Positions 30,095-40,193 of a DNA stretch of 64,000 nucleotides are shown here, in pieces (the first letter of the stretch is position 1; every line of letters begins with the position of its first letter). The translations under genes and the position numbers were made by a program. Location of the stretch: assembly GCA_944388705.1 (NCBI GenBank), contig CALXJU010000001.1:14674-78673 (forward strand). Reading direction: 5' to 3'. This DNA is from an uncultured Clostridia bacterium. GTDB taxonomy: Bacteria; Bacillota; Clostridia; TANB77; CAG-508. The notes below the pieces were generated by a model. The model was not told where the DNA came from. It saw only the letters and a list, made by a program, of their open reading frames with translations, and ran no database searches.

Positions 30095-30841
30095 ATGAAA
30101 GCATTAATTACAGGTGCATCTTCTGGAATAGGAAGAGACATAGCAAAAGAACTAAGTAAAAAAGGTTATGATTTAATATTAGTTGCTAGAGATTTAGAAA
30201 AATTAGAACAAGTAAAAAGTGAAATAAAAACAAATGTAGAAATAGTCAGTATGGATGTTTCTAGACCTGAAAATTGCGAACAATTACATAAACAATTTAA
30301 AAACATAGATATACTTGTAAATAATGCTGGGTTTGGAGATTGTGGAGATTTTACAAAAACAAAGCTTGAAAAAGAAATAAAAATGATAGAAACAAATATA
30401 ATTGCTTATCATATTTTAACAAAATTATATTTAAAAGATATGAAACAAAAAAATTGTGGAAAGATATTAAATGTTGCTTCAATTGCAGGATTTATGCCAG
30501 GGCCACTAATGGCAACATATTATTCGACAAAAGCATATGTTGTTAGATTATCTGAATCATTAAGGGAAGAATTAAGAAGAGATAAATCAAAAGTTCAAAT
30601 TAGTATATTATGTCCTGGTCCTGTTGATACCAACTTTAATAAAGTTGCAGATGTTCAATTTGCTTTAAAAGGATTAAGTAGTGAGTATGTTGCAAAATAT
30701 GCGATTGAAAAATTTTTGAAAGGAAAATTTTATATTGTCCCTAGTTGGAAAATAAAACTTGCTAAATTTGCATGTAAAATAGTACCAAACAATATTGTTG
30801 CAATGGTTTCATATAATATGCAAAGAAGGAAAATTCAATAA
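30095..30841 (+). CDS. SDR family NAD(P)-dependent oxidoreductase
   Basis: TGASSGIGRDIA cofactor motif; YSTKAY catalytic YxxxK. Confidence 0.85.
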   Translation: MKALITGASSGIGRDIAKELSKKGYDLILVARDLEKLEQVKSEIKTNVEIVSMDVSRPENCEQLHKQFKNIDILVNNAGFGDCGDFTKTKLEKEIKMIETNIIAYHILTKLYLKDMKQKNCGKILNVASIAGFMPGPLMATYYSTKAYVVRLSESLREELRRDKSKVQISILCPGPVDTNFNKVADVQFALKGLSSEYVAKYAIEKFLKGKFYIVPSWKIKLAKFACKIVPNNIVAMVSYNMQRRKIQ

Positions 30842-30891
30842 ATGGTATAGATTAAATATTAATCTATACTTTTTTATACAATAAAAATTAC

Positions 30892-31068
30892 ATCATTAAT
30901 TAATATGATTAAAGATGTCAAAATCTTCATAAACTAAGTGTTAACAAAATTTTTAAATTTTAATCTTATTTTTATTAAATTAAATATTTTTTATAAATCT
31001 CTTGATTTTATTAGATTTTATTGATATAAATTTGTCTATAAATATCATTAATCATATTAATTAATGAT
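30892..31068. repeat. pair of perfect 21-bp inverted repeats (atcattaattaatatgattaa) flanking a 135-bp AT-rich segment upstream of the pilin/LRR gene
   Basis: Left copy 30892-30912. Right copy 31048-31068 is its exact reverse complement. The enclosed segment contains a promoter-like TTGATA...TATAAA. Confidence 0.6.
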
Positions 31069-31132
31069 ATATAGTATTTACAAATACTATATAAAAATAT
31101 ATAATAAAATTAATTAAAAACAAAGGAGGAAA

Positions 31133-32365
31133 ATGATGAAAAATAATAATAAAGGAATAACATTAATAGCATTAGTAGTAACAATAATAGTGTTGATAAT
31201 ATTGGCGAGTATAAGTATAGGAGCATTAACGGGAAAAAATGGAATAATAAATCAATCAAAACAAGCAAAGGAAGAAACAGAAATAGCAGAAGAAAAAGAG
31301 ACAGTTGAAATATCAGCTGTACAAGCTGCAGGAATGGACAGATATGGAAATGTAACAGAAGAAAATCTTAGAAATCAATTAAACAAGAATATAGGAAATG
31401 GAAAATATGAATTAGAGGTAGTAGGAGAAAAATTTAAAGTAACATATACAGAATCACAAAGAAGCTATTATGTAGATAAAGATGGTAATATAGAAATAGC
31501 GGATGGAAGTAATAGTGACGATGGGATATATAGTGAATCAGTATCAGAAGATGAGATAGCACCAGAAGATTTATTCAATTATGAAATAATTAATGATGGA
31601 AGAACAGCAAAAATTGGAGATATAATGTTGCCTGAAAAAACAGTAAAAATAACAGGAATAAAAGCTAAATATTGTAATGAAGATGGCTATAATCCAGATA
31701 CAGGAAGTGCAGATTTACCAGATACTAATTATGAAATAATATATGAAGGGCAAAAGATATCAGATACATTAGTTATACCATATAAAGTAGATGGAAAATT
31801 TGTACAAGGAGGTATAGAAGGAGAAGAGTACACTATAGCAGAAGTTGATTTAACAGTATATTCTTCAGATAAAAGAGGAGACTATATGAGTATGCCTCAT
31901 GTTGAAACAATAATATATCCGAATACAGTAGAAAAAATTTATTCGACACCAAATTCTTTTGGAGGGAAGACAAATTCAAAATTAAAAAAGGTAATATTAC
32001 CAGAAAATATAACAGAAATACCTAATTATATGTTTAAGTATTGCTCAAATATACAAGAAATAGAAATTCCTGAGAATGTAACAAGTATAGGAGAAGATGC
32101 GTTTTTTATGTGTTCTAGTTTAAAAAATATTATAATACCAAACAAAGTAGTATCTATAGGAGATAGTGCATTTCGAGATTGTACAAATCTCAAAACAATA
32201 ACAATACCTGAAAGTGTTGTAAAAATAGAAGAGTATGCGTTTTATTATTGCGATAGTTTAACAACAATAAATTATACAGGAACACAGGAACAATGGAATA
32301 AAATTGAGATTAATAACTCTGGTAATTCAGTTTTAGAAAACATCGATATTAACTTTATGAAATAA
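31133..32365 (+). CDS. surface protein with prepilin-like N-terminal helix and BspA-type leucine-rich repeats
   Basis: N-terminal KGITLIALVVTIIVLIILASI (class III signal/pilin-like). C-terminal repeats IPENVTSIGEDAFFMCSSLKNIIIPNKVVSIGDSAFRDCTNLKTITIPESV are typical of the BspA LRR family. Confidence 0.7.
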   Translation: MMKNNNKGITLIALVVTIIVLIILASISIGALTGKNGIINQSKQAKEETEIAEEKETVEISAVQAAGMDRYGNVTEENLRNQLNKNIGNGKYELEVVGEKFKVTYTESQRSYYVDKDGNIEIADGSNSDDGIYSESVSEDEIAPEDLFNYEIINDGRTAKIGDIMLPEKTVKITGIKAKYCNEDGYNPDTGSADLPDTNYEIIYEGQKISDTLVIPYKVDGKFVQGGIEGEEYTIAEVDLTVYSSDKRGDYMSMPHVETIIYPNTVEKIYSTPNSFGGKTNSKLKKVILPENITEIPNYMFKYCSNIQEIEIPENVTSIGEDAFFMCSSLKNIIIPNKVVSIGDSAFRDCTNLKTITIPESVVKIEEYAFYYCDSLTTINYTGTQEQWNKIEINNSGNSVLENIDINFMK

Positions 32366-32387
32366 TAAATTAAAAAAGCTGAACTTA

Positions 32388-32415
32388 ATGTCACCGAAAG
32401 GTGGCATTTTTAGTA
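32388..32415 (+). terminator. rho-independent terminator
   Basis: aatgtcacc-gaaa-ggtggcatt stem followed by a T-run. Confidence 0.6.
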
Positions 32416-32447
32416 CATAAAAAAATAATAAAAATTTAAAAAAACTA

Positions 32448-32477
32448 TTGACAATTGAATATATATTCAACTATAAT
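32448..32477 (+). promoter_or_regulatory. cad promoter TTGACA-17-TATAAT with a 14-bp perfect palindrome (tgaatatatattca) in the spacer (ArsR/SmtB-type operator)
   Basis: -35 at 32448-32453, -10 at 32472-32477; a dyad between them, as at CadC-regulated promoters. Confidence 0.6.
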
Positions 32478-32539
32478 GTAAATAACAGTTGAGTGACAAT
32501 TCAATTATATATGCATATGATACAAGAAATGGAGGTAAA

Positions 32540-32920
32540 ATGATGTCAAGAAATGAATTTATATGTGATTGTAATATCATACATGAGGAAGTAGTAAAAG
32601 ACACATTAAGTAAAATGGCCGATGACGACTTATTTAATAAATTAGCAGAATTTTTTAAAATATTAGGAGACACTACAAGAGCAAAAATACTATTTGCACT
32701 TGACCAAAATGAAATGTGTGTATGTGATATAGCAAATGTATTGGGAATGAGTAAATCATCAATATCACATCAATTAGGAACATTAAGAAGGTCAGGAATA
32801 GTAAAATGTAGAAAACAAGGTAAAGAAGTTTATTATATGTTAGAAGATGACCATGTAAAAGGATTATTTGAATTAGGAATAGAGCATATTGAACATAAAA
32901 AATTAGGAGGTAGCATATGA
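32540..32920 (+). CDS. cadC: ArsR/SmtB-family metalloregulator (Cd/Pb/Zn-responsive CadC-like)
   Basis: N-terminal CDC plus MCVCDIANVLGMSKSSISHQLGTLRRSGIV HTH with the CVC metal site. RBS GGAGGT. Confidence 0.8.
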   Translation: MMSRNEFICDCNIIHEEVVKDTLSKMADDDLFNKLAEFFKILGDTTRAKILFALDQNEMCVCDIANVLGMSKSSISHQLGTLRRSGIVKCRKQGKEVYYMLEDDHVKGLFELGIEHIEHKKLGGSI

Positions 32921-34767
32921 AAAAAAGAGCGACAAAAATAATAATAGCTTTAATTTTATTTTTAATAGCAATTATAATAAAATTTCCAAACGAATGGCTC
33001 AATAAAGGAATATTTATAATAAGTTATTTAATTGTTGGAATAGAAGTATTAAAAGAAGCAATAGAAAATATATTCAAAGGAGAAGTTTTTGATGAAAACT
33101 TTTTAATGTCAATAGCAACAATAGGTGCTTTTGCAATAGGAGAATTTCCAGAAGCAGTAGCAGTAATGCTATTTTATCAAATAGGGGAATTATTCCAAAG
33201 TTATGCAGTAGATAAATCAAGAAAATCAATTGCAAGTTTGATGGATATAAGACCAGATTATGCAAATGTAAAAAGAGAAAATGAAATATCAAAAGTAAAT
33301 CCAGAAGAAGTTGAAATAGGAGAAACAATAGTAGTAAAACCAGGAGAAAAAATACCACTAGATGGAAAAGTAGTAGATGGAGAATCTTTAATAGATACAT
33401 CAGCGCTAACAGGAGAATCAGTACCAAGAAAAGCAAAAATAGGAGATGAAGTATTAAGTGGTTGTATAAATCAAAATGGTTTATTAGAAATAAAAGTAAC
33501 AAAAGAGTTTGGGGAATCTACTGTAAGTAAAATATTAGACTTAGTAGAAAATGCAAGTAGCAAAAAATCTAAATCAGAAAACTTTATAACAAAATTTGCA
33601 AGATATTATACACCAGCTGTAGTAATAATTGCAGTAATATTAGCAATAGTACCACCATTTATATTTCATAATGCAACATTTACAGAATGGCTATATAGAG
33701 CACTAACATTTTTAGTAGTATCATGTCCATGTGCATTAGTAATATCAATCCCTCTAGGATTTTTTGGAGGAATTGGTGGAGCTTCTAAAATGGGAATTCT
33801 AGTAAAAGGAAGTAACTATTTAGAAGCATTATCACAAACTGAGATAGTTGTGTTTGACAAAACAGGAACATTAACGCAAGGAATATTTGAAGTACAAAAA
33901 ATAGAGACAGAAGAAATTTCTAAAGAAGAGATGTTAAGACTTGTAACACATGCTGAAAACTATTCAAATCATCCAATATCACAATCAATAAAAAAGGCTT
34001 ATGGAAAAGAAATAGATAAAAATATAATTTCAAAAACAGAAGAAATTTCAGGAAAAGGAATTATTGCAAAAGTTGAAAATAATGATATAATAATTGGTAA
34101 TAATAAATTAATGGATGAAAAAAATATACAATATAAAAAATGTAATGAAATTGGAACAATATTATATGTAGCTATAAATAATAAATTTGCAGGATATATA
34201 GTAATTGCAGATAAAGTAAAAGAAGATGCTCAAAAAACAATAAAAACTTTAAAACAAAATCATATCAAAAAAACAGTTATGCTTACAGGAGATAAAAAAG
34301 AAGTAGGAGAAAAAGTTGCTAAAAAATTAAATATAGATGAAGTTTATACAGAATTATTACCAGATGGCAAAGTAGAAAAAGTTGAAGAATTAATCAAACA
34401 AAAAAGTGAAAAAGGAAAACTTGCTTTTGTAGGAGATGGAATTAATGATGCACCTGTTTTAGCACTTAGTGACATTGGAATAGCAATGGGAGGACTTGGC
34501 TCAGATAGTGCAATTGAAGCAGCTGATATTGTTATTATGACTGATGAACCATCTAAATTAATAAATGCAATTAAAATTTCTAAAAAAACAATGAGAATTG
34601 TTAAAGAAAATATAATTTTTGCAATTGCAGTAAAAGTAGCAGTTCTAATTTTAAGTGCATTTGGACTTTCAACAATGTGGGAAGCGGTATTTGCAGATGT
34701 TGGAGTTTCAGTTATTGCAATAATAAATTCATTAAGAGTATTAAGAGTAAAAAAATTTAATAAATAG
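32917..34767 (+). CDS. cadA: heavy-metal (Cd/Zn-type) P1B-type ATPase lacking an N-terminal HMA domain
   Basis: TM CPC motif, DKTGTLT phosphorylation site, GDGINDAP, HP motif SNHP. Overlaps the cadC stop. Confidence 0.85.
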   Translation: MKKRATKIIIALILFLIAIIIKFPNEWLNKGIFIISYLIVGIEVLKEAIENIFKGEVFDENFLMSIATIGAFAIGEFPEAVAVMLFYQIGELFQSYAVDKSRKSIASLMDIRPDYANVKRENEISKVNPEEVEIGETIVVKPGEKIPLDGKVVDGESLIDTSALTGESVPRKAKIGDEVLSGCINQNGLLEIKVTKEFGESTVSKILDLVENASSKKSKSENFITKFARYYTPAVVIIAVILAIVPPFIFHNATFTEWLYRALTFLVVSCPCALVISIPLGFFGGIGGASKMGILVKGSNYLEALSQTEIVVFDKTGTLTQGIFEVQKIETEEISKEEMLRLVTHAENYSNHPISQSIKKAYGKEIDKNIISKTEEISGKGIIAKVENNDIIIGNNKLMDEKNIQYKKCNEIGTILYVAINNKFAGYIVIADKVKEDAQKTIKTLKQNHIKKTVMLTGDKKEVGEKVAKKLNIDEVYTELLPDGKVEKVEELIKQKSEKGKLAFVGDGINDAPVLALSDIGIAMGGLGSDSAIEAADIVIMTDEPSKLINAIKISKKTMRIVKENIIFAIAVKVAVLILSAFGLSTMWEAVFADVGVSVIAIINSLRVLRVKKFNK

Positions 34768-34782
34768 AAAGGTGGAAAAATT

Positions 34783-34983
34783 ATGGAAGAAACAATAATA
34801 AAAGTAGAAGGAATGATGTGTACAGGATGTGAAAACAGAATACAAAATGCTGTAAGTGAAATAAAAGGAGTAGAAAGTGTAAAAGCAGACCATGAAAAAG
34901 GAATAGTGGAAGTAAAAGGAACAGCAGATATAAAAGAAGTAAAAGAGGCAATTGAAGACATTGGTTTTGAAGTAAAGGAATAA
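34783..34983 (+). CDS. copZ: copper chaperone (HMA domain)
   Basis: GMMCTGCENRI MxCxxC motif; 66 aa. Confidence 0.85.
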   Translation: MEETIIKVEGMMCTGCENRIQNAVSEIKGVESVKADHEKGIVEVKGTADIKEVKEAIEDIGFEVKE

Positions 34984-34987
34984 AAAT

Positions 34988-37201
34988 ATGAAAAAAGTAA
35001 TTTTAAAAATAGATGGAATGACATGTAGTGCATGTTCAAATGGTTTAGAAAAATATTTAAATAAACAAGAAGGAATACAAAATGCAAGTGTAAATCTAGT
35101 AATGTCAAATGCATTAATAGAATATGATGAAAAGAAATTAAATTTAGAACAGTTAGAAACATTTGTAAAAAAAGCAGGGTTTAAAAGTCTAGGATTATAT
35201 GATAATAAAACAGAAGAAGATAAAAATAAAGGAGAAAAAACAAAATTCATAATTTTTGGAGTATTAGCAGTAATATTGTTATATATTTCAATGGGGCATA
35301 TGGTTGGAATGCCAATATTTGATTTTTTAAATATGCATAAAAGTCCTATAAATTATACAATAGTGTTATTAATATTAACACTAGGCTTTATATATTATGG
35401 ATTTGATATATTAAAAAATGGATATAAAAACTTAATTCATAAAACACCAAATATGGATACATTAGTATCAATAGGTGTAATAAGCAGTATGGCATATAGT
35501 TTATACAGCATGGTAATGATATTCCAAGGAAAACATGAATATGTAGAATATTTATATTTTGAATCAGCAGCGATAGTAATATTTTTTATAAAATTAGGAA
35601 GATATTTAGATGGAATAAGTAAAGATAAAACAAAAGAAGCAATACAAAAATTAGTACAAATTACGCCAAATAAAGCTATAGTAAAAGTAGATGGAAAAGA
35701 AAAAGAAGTAACAATAGATGAAATAAAAAAAGGAGATATAGTTGTAAGCCATGCAGGAGATAGAATTTCAGTAGATGGTGAAATTGTAAACGGAAAAGCA
35801 CATTTAGATGAATCATTTATAACAGGAGAAAGTAAACCTTCAAGCAAAACAATAGGAAACAAGGTAATTGCAGGAAGTATAAATTATGATGGATATCTTG
35901 AATATAAAGCAGAAAAAATCGGAAGAGATTCAACTATTTCTCAAATAGTAAGATTAGTAGTAGAAGCAACTAACACAAAAGCACCAATAGCTAAAATAGC
36001 AGATAAAGTAAGTGGATATTTTGTGCCTGCAGTAATAATCATAGCAGTATTAACATTTATAGGTTATTTAGTACTTGGATTTCCATTTAATGAAGCAATA
36101 AGTTCATTTGTAACAATTTTAGTAGTAGCATGTCCTTGTGCATTAGGATTAGCGACGCCACTTGCAATAGTAGTAAGTGAAGGAACTTGTGCAAATGAAG
36201 GAATACTTGTAAAAAAGAGTGAAATCTTAGAAAATGCTGAAAAAATAAATACAATTGTATTTGATAAAACAGGAACATTAACATATGGAACTTTAAAAAT
36301 TGCTAAAATAATAAATTATAGCAATATAGAAGAAAAAGAATTAATGCAATATGTGGGAAGTTTAGAAGCAAAATCAACACATCCAATTGCAAAGGCATTT
36401 GAACAATACCTTAAAGAAAATAAAATATCAAATCTAGAAGTAAAAGAATTTGAAAATATAAGTGGTTATGGGATAAAAGGATTTGTTGCAGATAAAGAAA
36501 TAATTTTAGGAAATGCAAAAATTTTAACATATTTTAATATTGAAAATAAATATCAAGAAGATGAAAAACTTTTGAGTAAAGAAGGAAATAGTATTATATA
36601 TGTTGTGCAAAATAAAGAAGTAATTGCAATAATTGGAGTAAATGATATTGTAAGAGAAAATGCAAAACAAGTAATTGAAAAATTAAATAAAAATAATATA
36701 CAAACAATAATCTTAACAGGAGATAATGAAGAAACAGCTAAAATCATAGCAGAAAAAATTGGAATTGCAGATGTAATTGCAAATGTTGTACCATCAGAAA
36801 AAGCAGATATAATAAAAAAATTAAAATCAGAAAATAAAAAAGTTATGATGTGTGGAGATGGTATAAATGATAGCCCAGCACTAGCAAATGCAGATATTGG
36901 TGTTAGTGTAAATAGTGGAACAGATATTGCAATGGATTCATCAGATGTAATTTTAATGAAAAATGATTTAAGCAAAATATTAGACTTAATTAATATTAGT
37001 AAACATACAATTAGAAATATAAAACAAAATTTATTTTGGGCATTTTTCTATAATAGTTTGATGATACCAGTTTCAATGGGACTCCTAAGACCTTGGGGAA
37101 TTTCAATAAATCCAATGTTCGCAGGTTTTGCAATGGTTATTAGTAGCTTAACTGTTATATTAAATTCTTTGAGATTAAAAAAGGTGAAAAAAGTTATATA
37201 A
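34988..37201 (+). CDS. copA: copper-translocating P1B-type ATPase
   Basis: N-terminal HMA GMTCSACSNG, CPC, DKTGTLT, GDGINDSPAL. Confidence 0.9.
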   Translation: MKKVILKIDGMTCSACSNGLEKYLNKQEGIQNASVNLVMSNALIEYDEKKLNLEQLETFVKKAGFKSLGLYDNKTEEDKNKGEKTKFIIFGVLAVILLYISMGHMVGMPIFDFLNMHKSPINYTIVLLILTLGFIYYGFDILKNGYKNLIHKTPNMDTLVSIGVISSMAYSLYSMVMIFQGKHEYVEYLYFESAAIVIFFIKLGRYLDGISKDKTKEAIQKLVQITPNKAIVKVDGKEKEVTIDEIKKGDIVVSHAGDRISVDGEIVNGKAHLDESFITGESKPSSKTIGNKVIAGSINYDGYLEYKAEKIGRDSTISQIVRLVVEATNTKAPIAKIADKVSGYFVPAVIIIAVLTFIGYLVLGFPFNEAISSFVTILVVACPCALGLATPLAIVVSEGTCANEGILVKKSEILENAEKINTIVFDKTGTLTYGTLKIAKIINYSNIEEKELMQYVGSLEAKSTHPIAKAFEQYLKENKISNLEVKEFENISGYGIKGFVADKEIILGNAKILTYFNIENKYQEDEKLLSKEGNSIIYVVQNKEVIAIIGVNDIVRENAKQVIEKLNKNNIQTIILTGDNEETAKIIAEKIGIADVIANVVPSEKADIIKKLKSENKKVMMCGDGINDSPALANADIGVSVNSGTDIAMDSSDVILMKNDLSKILDLINISKHTIRNIKQNLFWAFFYNSLMIPVSMGLLRPWGISINPMFAGFAMVISSLTVILNSLRLKKVKKVI

Positions 37202-37202
37202 A

Positions 37203-37231
37203 AGAGCAGTTGATTAGACTGCTCTAATTTT
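37203..37231. terminator. bidirectional hairpin terminator (gagcagt...actgctc plus T-run) between copA and the convergent PyrE-like gene
   Basis: 7-bp stem with 7-nt loop followed by TTTTTT. Confidence 0.6.
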
Positions 37232-38089
37232 TTAATTCAAATTGTATAAATTTCCATCAATCAAAAGTTGAGCTCTTTTCTTAGTTTTTTCATCAGAATT
37301 TAAAGAATTTTCTAAAAACTCAGGATGTTCAATTAAAAATTGTCTCATTGTTTCATCAGGATTTTCAAAAAAACCTTTTAACATATCAAATTGAGATTTA
37401 TTAATAATTTTTAGATTAAGAGCTTTTTTAAATAAAGCAGTGTCAACTTGAACTAAAGAGAAAGATTTTACACCTTCAGCTTCAATTTTATCTTTACCTC
37501 CTTGCATCCTATCTACAACAACGCAAGACCAACAAATTTTAGAACCTAGAGCATTAATTGCAGGAATCCATGCACGGATATAACTTGATGCAACAGTAAT
37601 TAAATCAGCAACATGTAGAACTTTTTTACCAGCTAATGAAGTAATTATTTCTGTATTTTCAAAATTACTATCGCTAACAACTGTAGATAAATCTTTGAAA
37701 ATAGTAATATGAGGTTTTCCTAAAAGATGAGCAATTATATTAGAAAAAAACCAATCTCTTCTTTCTCCACCTGAAACATAGTCAATTTCATCAACATTAA
37801 TATTTTCATTGATAAAAGATTTCATAGTATCAATTATATTTTTATAAATTTCATTATTATTGTATTGAATTAAAGTCTTATCGAAAACTTTTTTTGGTAA
37901 AGTTAATTTATCAGATAAACAATCATCAATAAAAGACAATAATTCAGTTGCCTCTTTTTCGCTTCCATAAACAAAATGAGTATTAATAAAATATGGACCT
38001 ATTTTTCCTGAAGTATACCAAAATGGTTTGTTTTCTTCGCAAAATCTAATTGCATTTGTTTCAAATAAATATGACATTACATCAGACAT
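37232..38089 (-). CDS. orotate phosphoribosyltransferase-like (PRTase domain) protein, divergent from the pyr operon
   Basis: N-terminal NAIRFCEENKPFWYTSGKIGPYFINT resembles the PyrE hood. PRPP-binding-like VLHVADLITVASSY. Longer (285 aa) than typical PyrE. Confidence 0.5.
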   Translation of the reverse strand: MSDVMSYLFETNAIRFCEENKPFWYTSGKIGPYFINTHFVYGSEKEATELLSFIDDCLSDKLTLPKKVFDKTLIQYNNNEIYKNIIDTMKSFINENINVDEIDYVSGGERRDWFFSNIIAHLLGKPHITIFKDLSTVVSDSNFENTEIITSLAGKKVLHVADLITVASSYIRAWIPAINALGSKICWSCVVVDRMQGGKDKIEAEGVKSFSLVQVDTALFKKALNLKIINKSQFDMLKGFFENPDETMRQFLIEHPEFLENSLNSDEKTKKRAQLLIDGNLYNLN

Positions 38090-38211
38090 ATTAAATTCCT
38101 CCTTAAATTAATCTATAATCATTTTAAATGCAAAACTTTAAAAAGTCAAGAAAAGTATTGAAAACAAGTAGAAAACATGATAAAATGGGGCAAAAGGAAA
38201 GGAGAATGTAA

Positions 38212-39483
38212 ATGAAAACATTATTAAAAAATGGAACATTAATTGATTACAAAACAAATACATTTGAAAAATACGATATATTAATTCAAGACGAAAAAAT
38301 CGTAAAAATTGAAAAAGACATAAAAGATGAAGCTGACAAAATAATTGACTGTACAAATTTAAATATTATACCTGGAATGATTGATATTCATTGTCATTTA
38401 AGAGAGCCTGGATTTGAATATAAAGAAACAATCGAGACAGGTGCAAAAAGTGCTGTTTGTGGAGGATTTACAACAATTTGCCCTATGCCAAATACTAAAC
38501 CAACCCCAGATAGTGCTATTATTTTGCAAAAAATTATAGATGAAGGTAAAAGAGTGAATCTATGTAATATATTGCCATATGCATCTGTAAGCAAAGGTGA
38601 AAGAGGAGAAGAATTAGTAGATTTTGAAGAACTAAAAAAAGCCGGAGCAATTGCATTTTCAGATGATGGAATGCCAGTAGTAAGTAGCAAAATGATGAGA
38701 GAAGCAATTATTGAAGCAGATAAATTAGGAACATTTGTAGCATCACATTGTGAAGAAAAATCAGTAGCAAAAGGAGCAATAAATGCAGGAAAAGTTGCTG
38801 ATGAACTTGGAGTAGAAGGAGTACTACCTGAAGCTGAAGAAATAATGGCTGCAAGAGAAATAGTAATATCAGAAACAAACAATGTAAGAGCACATATATG
38901 TCATATAAGTACAAGAACTACAAAAAATATGGTAAGAGATGCGAAAAAAAGAGGAGTAAAAATAACATGTGAAACATGTCCACATTATTTCACATTTACA
39001 GTTGATGAAGTAAAAAAATCAGGTACAAATGCAAAAATGAATCCTCCATTAAGAGAAGAAAAAGACAGATTAGCAATAATAGAAGGATTAAAAGAAGGAA
39101 CAATAGATTGTATAATCACAGACCATGCACCACATTCAGAAGAAGAAAAAATGCAAGAACTTGCAAAAGCACCAAATGGAATAATAGGATTTGAAACAGC
39201 ATTACCAGCAGAAATAATGAATTTAGTTGATACAGGAGATATAACTTATTTAGACCTAGTAAGATTAACTTCATATAACCCTGCTCAATTAATAAAAATA
39301 GATAGAGGAACAATAGAAGTTGGTAAAATTGCAGATATTACAATATTTGACCCAAATGAAGAATATGTGTATACAAAAGAAATGATAGTATCAAAATCAA
39401 AGAATAGTCCATTTATAGGTAAAAAACTAAAAGGGAAAGTAAAATATACATTGGTAAGTGGAAAAGTAGTATATCAAGATTAA
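38212..39483 (+). CDS. pyrC: dihydroorotase
   Basis: GMIDIHCHLREPG metal-binding HxH; PMPNTKP; 423 aa. Confidence 0.9.
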   Translation: MKTLLKNGTLIDYKTNTFEKYDILIQDEKIVKIEKDIKDEADKIIDCTNLNIIPGMIDIHCHLREPGFEYKETIETGAKSAVCGGFTTICPMPNTKPTPDSAIILQKIIDEGKRVNLCNILPYASVSKGERGEELVDFEELKKAGAIAFSDDGMPVVSSKMMREAIIEADKLGTFVASHCEEKSVAKGAINAGKVADELGVEGVLPEAEEIMAAREIVISETNNVRAHICHISTRTTKNMVRDAKKRGVKITCETCPHYFTFTVDEVKKSGTNAKMNPPLREEKDRLAIIEGLKEGTIDCIITDHAPHSEEEKMQELAKAPNGIIGFETALPAEIMNLVDTGDITYLDLVRLTSYNPAQLIKIDRGTIEVGKIADITIFDPNEEYVYTKEMIVSKSKNSPFIGKKLKGKVKYTLVSGKVVYQD

Positions 39484-39509
39484 AATGATATATCAGAAAA
39501 GGAGAAAAA

Positions 39510-40193
39510 ATGAGATTAATAGGAATAACAGGTAAAGCAGGTTCAGGGAAAACTACCTTTTCTGATATACTTGCTCAAAAATCAGGAATAGCAGTAGTAC
39601 ATATAGATGACATTTTAAAAGAAATAAAATTAAAATATTTTAGACCTCTAATGAAACAAGATAAACATGGAGAAAAGACAAAGGTTGACTCAAGATTGAA
39701 AACAATATTATATTCAAATAAAATATTATTTGGAATGTTTATGAAATTTAGAGCAAAGCTCATCCAAAAACCATTAGAAAAAAGAATTCAAGAATTATCA
39801 GATGAAAAAAATAGAATAATAATAATTGATGATATATTTTTACAATATCAGAAATGTTATCCAGAATTATCAGAAATATTTTTAATGGAAAGACCATTTA
39901 TTGATAGAAGACAATCAATAAGAGAAAGAGATGATTTATCAAAAGAAGAAGTTGTTGCATGTGATATTGCTCATTATAAGGGCAATTATAAAAACTTATT
40001 AAATAATGAACATATAATAAAAATACAAAACAATAAAACAAAAGAAGAGTTAACTAGACTAGCAGAAGAAGTATACCAAAAACGTTTTTCAACAATGAAA
40101 GAACGATATAGAGAAGATGTTAATGAAAAGGAACAACAGCAAGACAAAAATATAATACAAAGAGTTAATAATCAAAAAGGAGAAGTAAGATAG
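39510..40193 (+). CDS. P-loop nucleotide kinase-like protein (dephospho-CoA kinase/uridine kinase-like fold)
   Basis: MRLIGITGKAGSGKTT Walker A. Lies inside the pyr operon. Confidence 0.5.
   Translation: MRLIGITGKAGSGKTTFSDILAQKSGIAVVHIDDILKEIKLKYFRPLMKQDKHGEKTKVDSRLKTILYSNKILFGMFMKFRAKLIQKPLEKRIQELSDEKNRIIIIDDIFLQYQKCYPELSEIFLMERPFIDRRQSIRERDDLSKEEVVACDIAHYKGNYKNLLNNEHIIKIQNNKTKEELTRLAEEVYQKRFSTMKERYREDVNEKEQQQDKNIIQRVNNQKGEVR

Noticed and set aside
33074-33502. Long leucine-rich minus-strand ORFs antisense to cadA, the NRPS, the ATPase cassette, pflB and others (e.g. 33074-33502, 34344-35250, 40606-41067, 57094-57603, 62222-62832).
   Set aside because: These are AT-rich antisense frames of well-supported plus-strand genes. 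They have low complexity, no RBS and overlap strong coding signal, so they are artefacts of codon bias.
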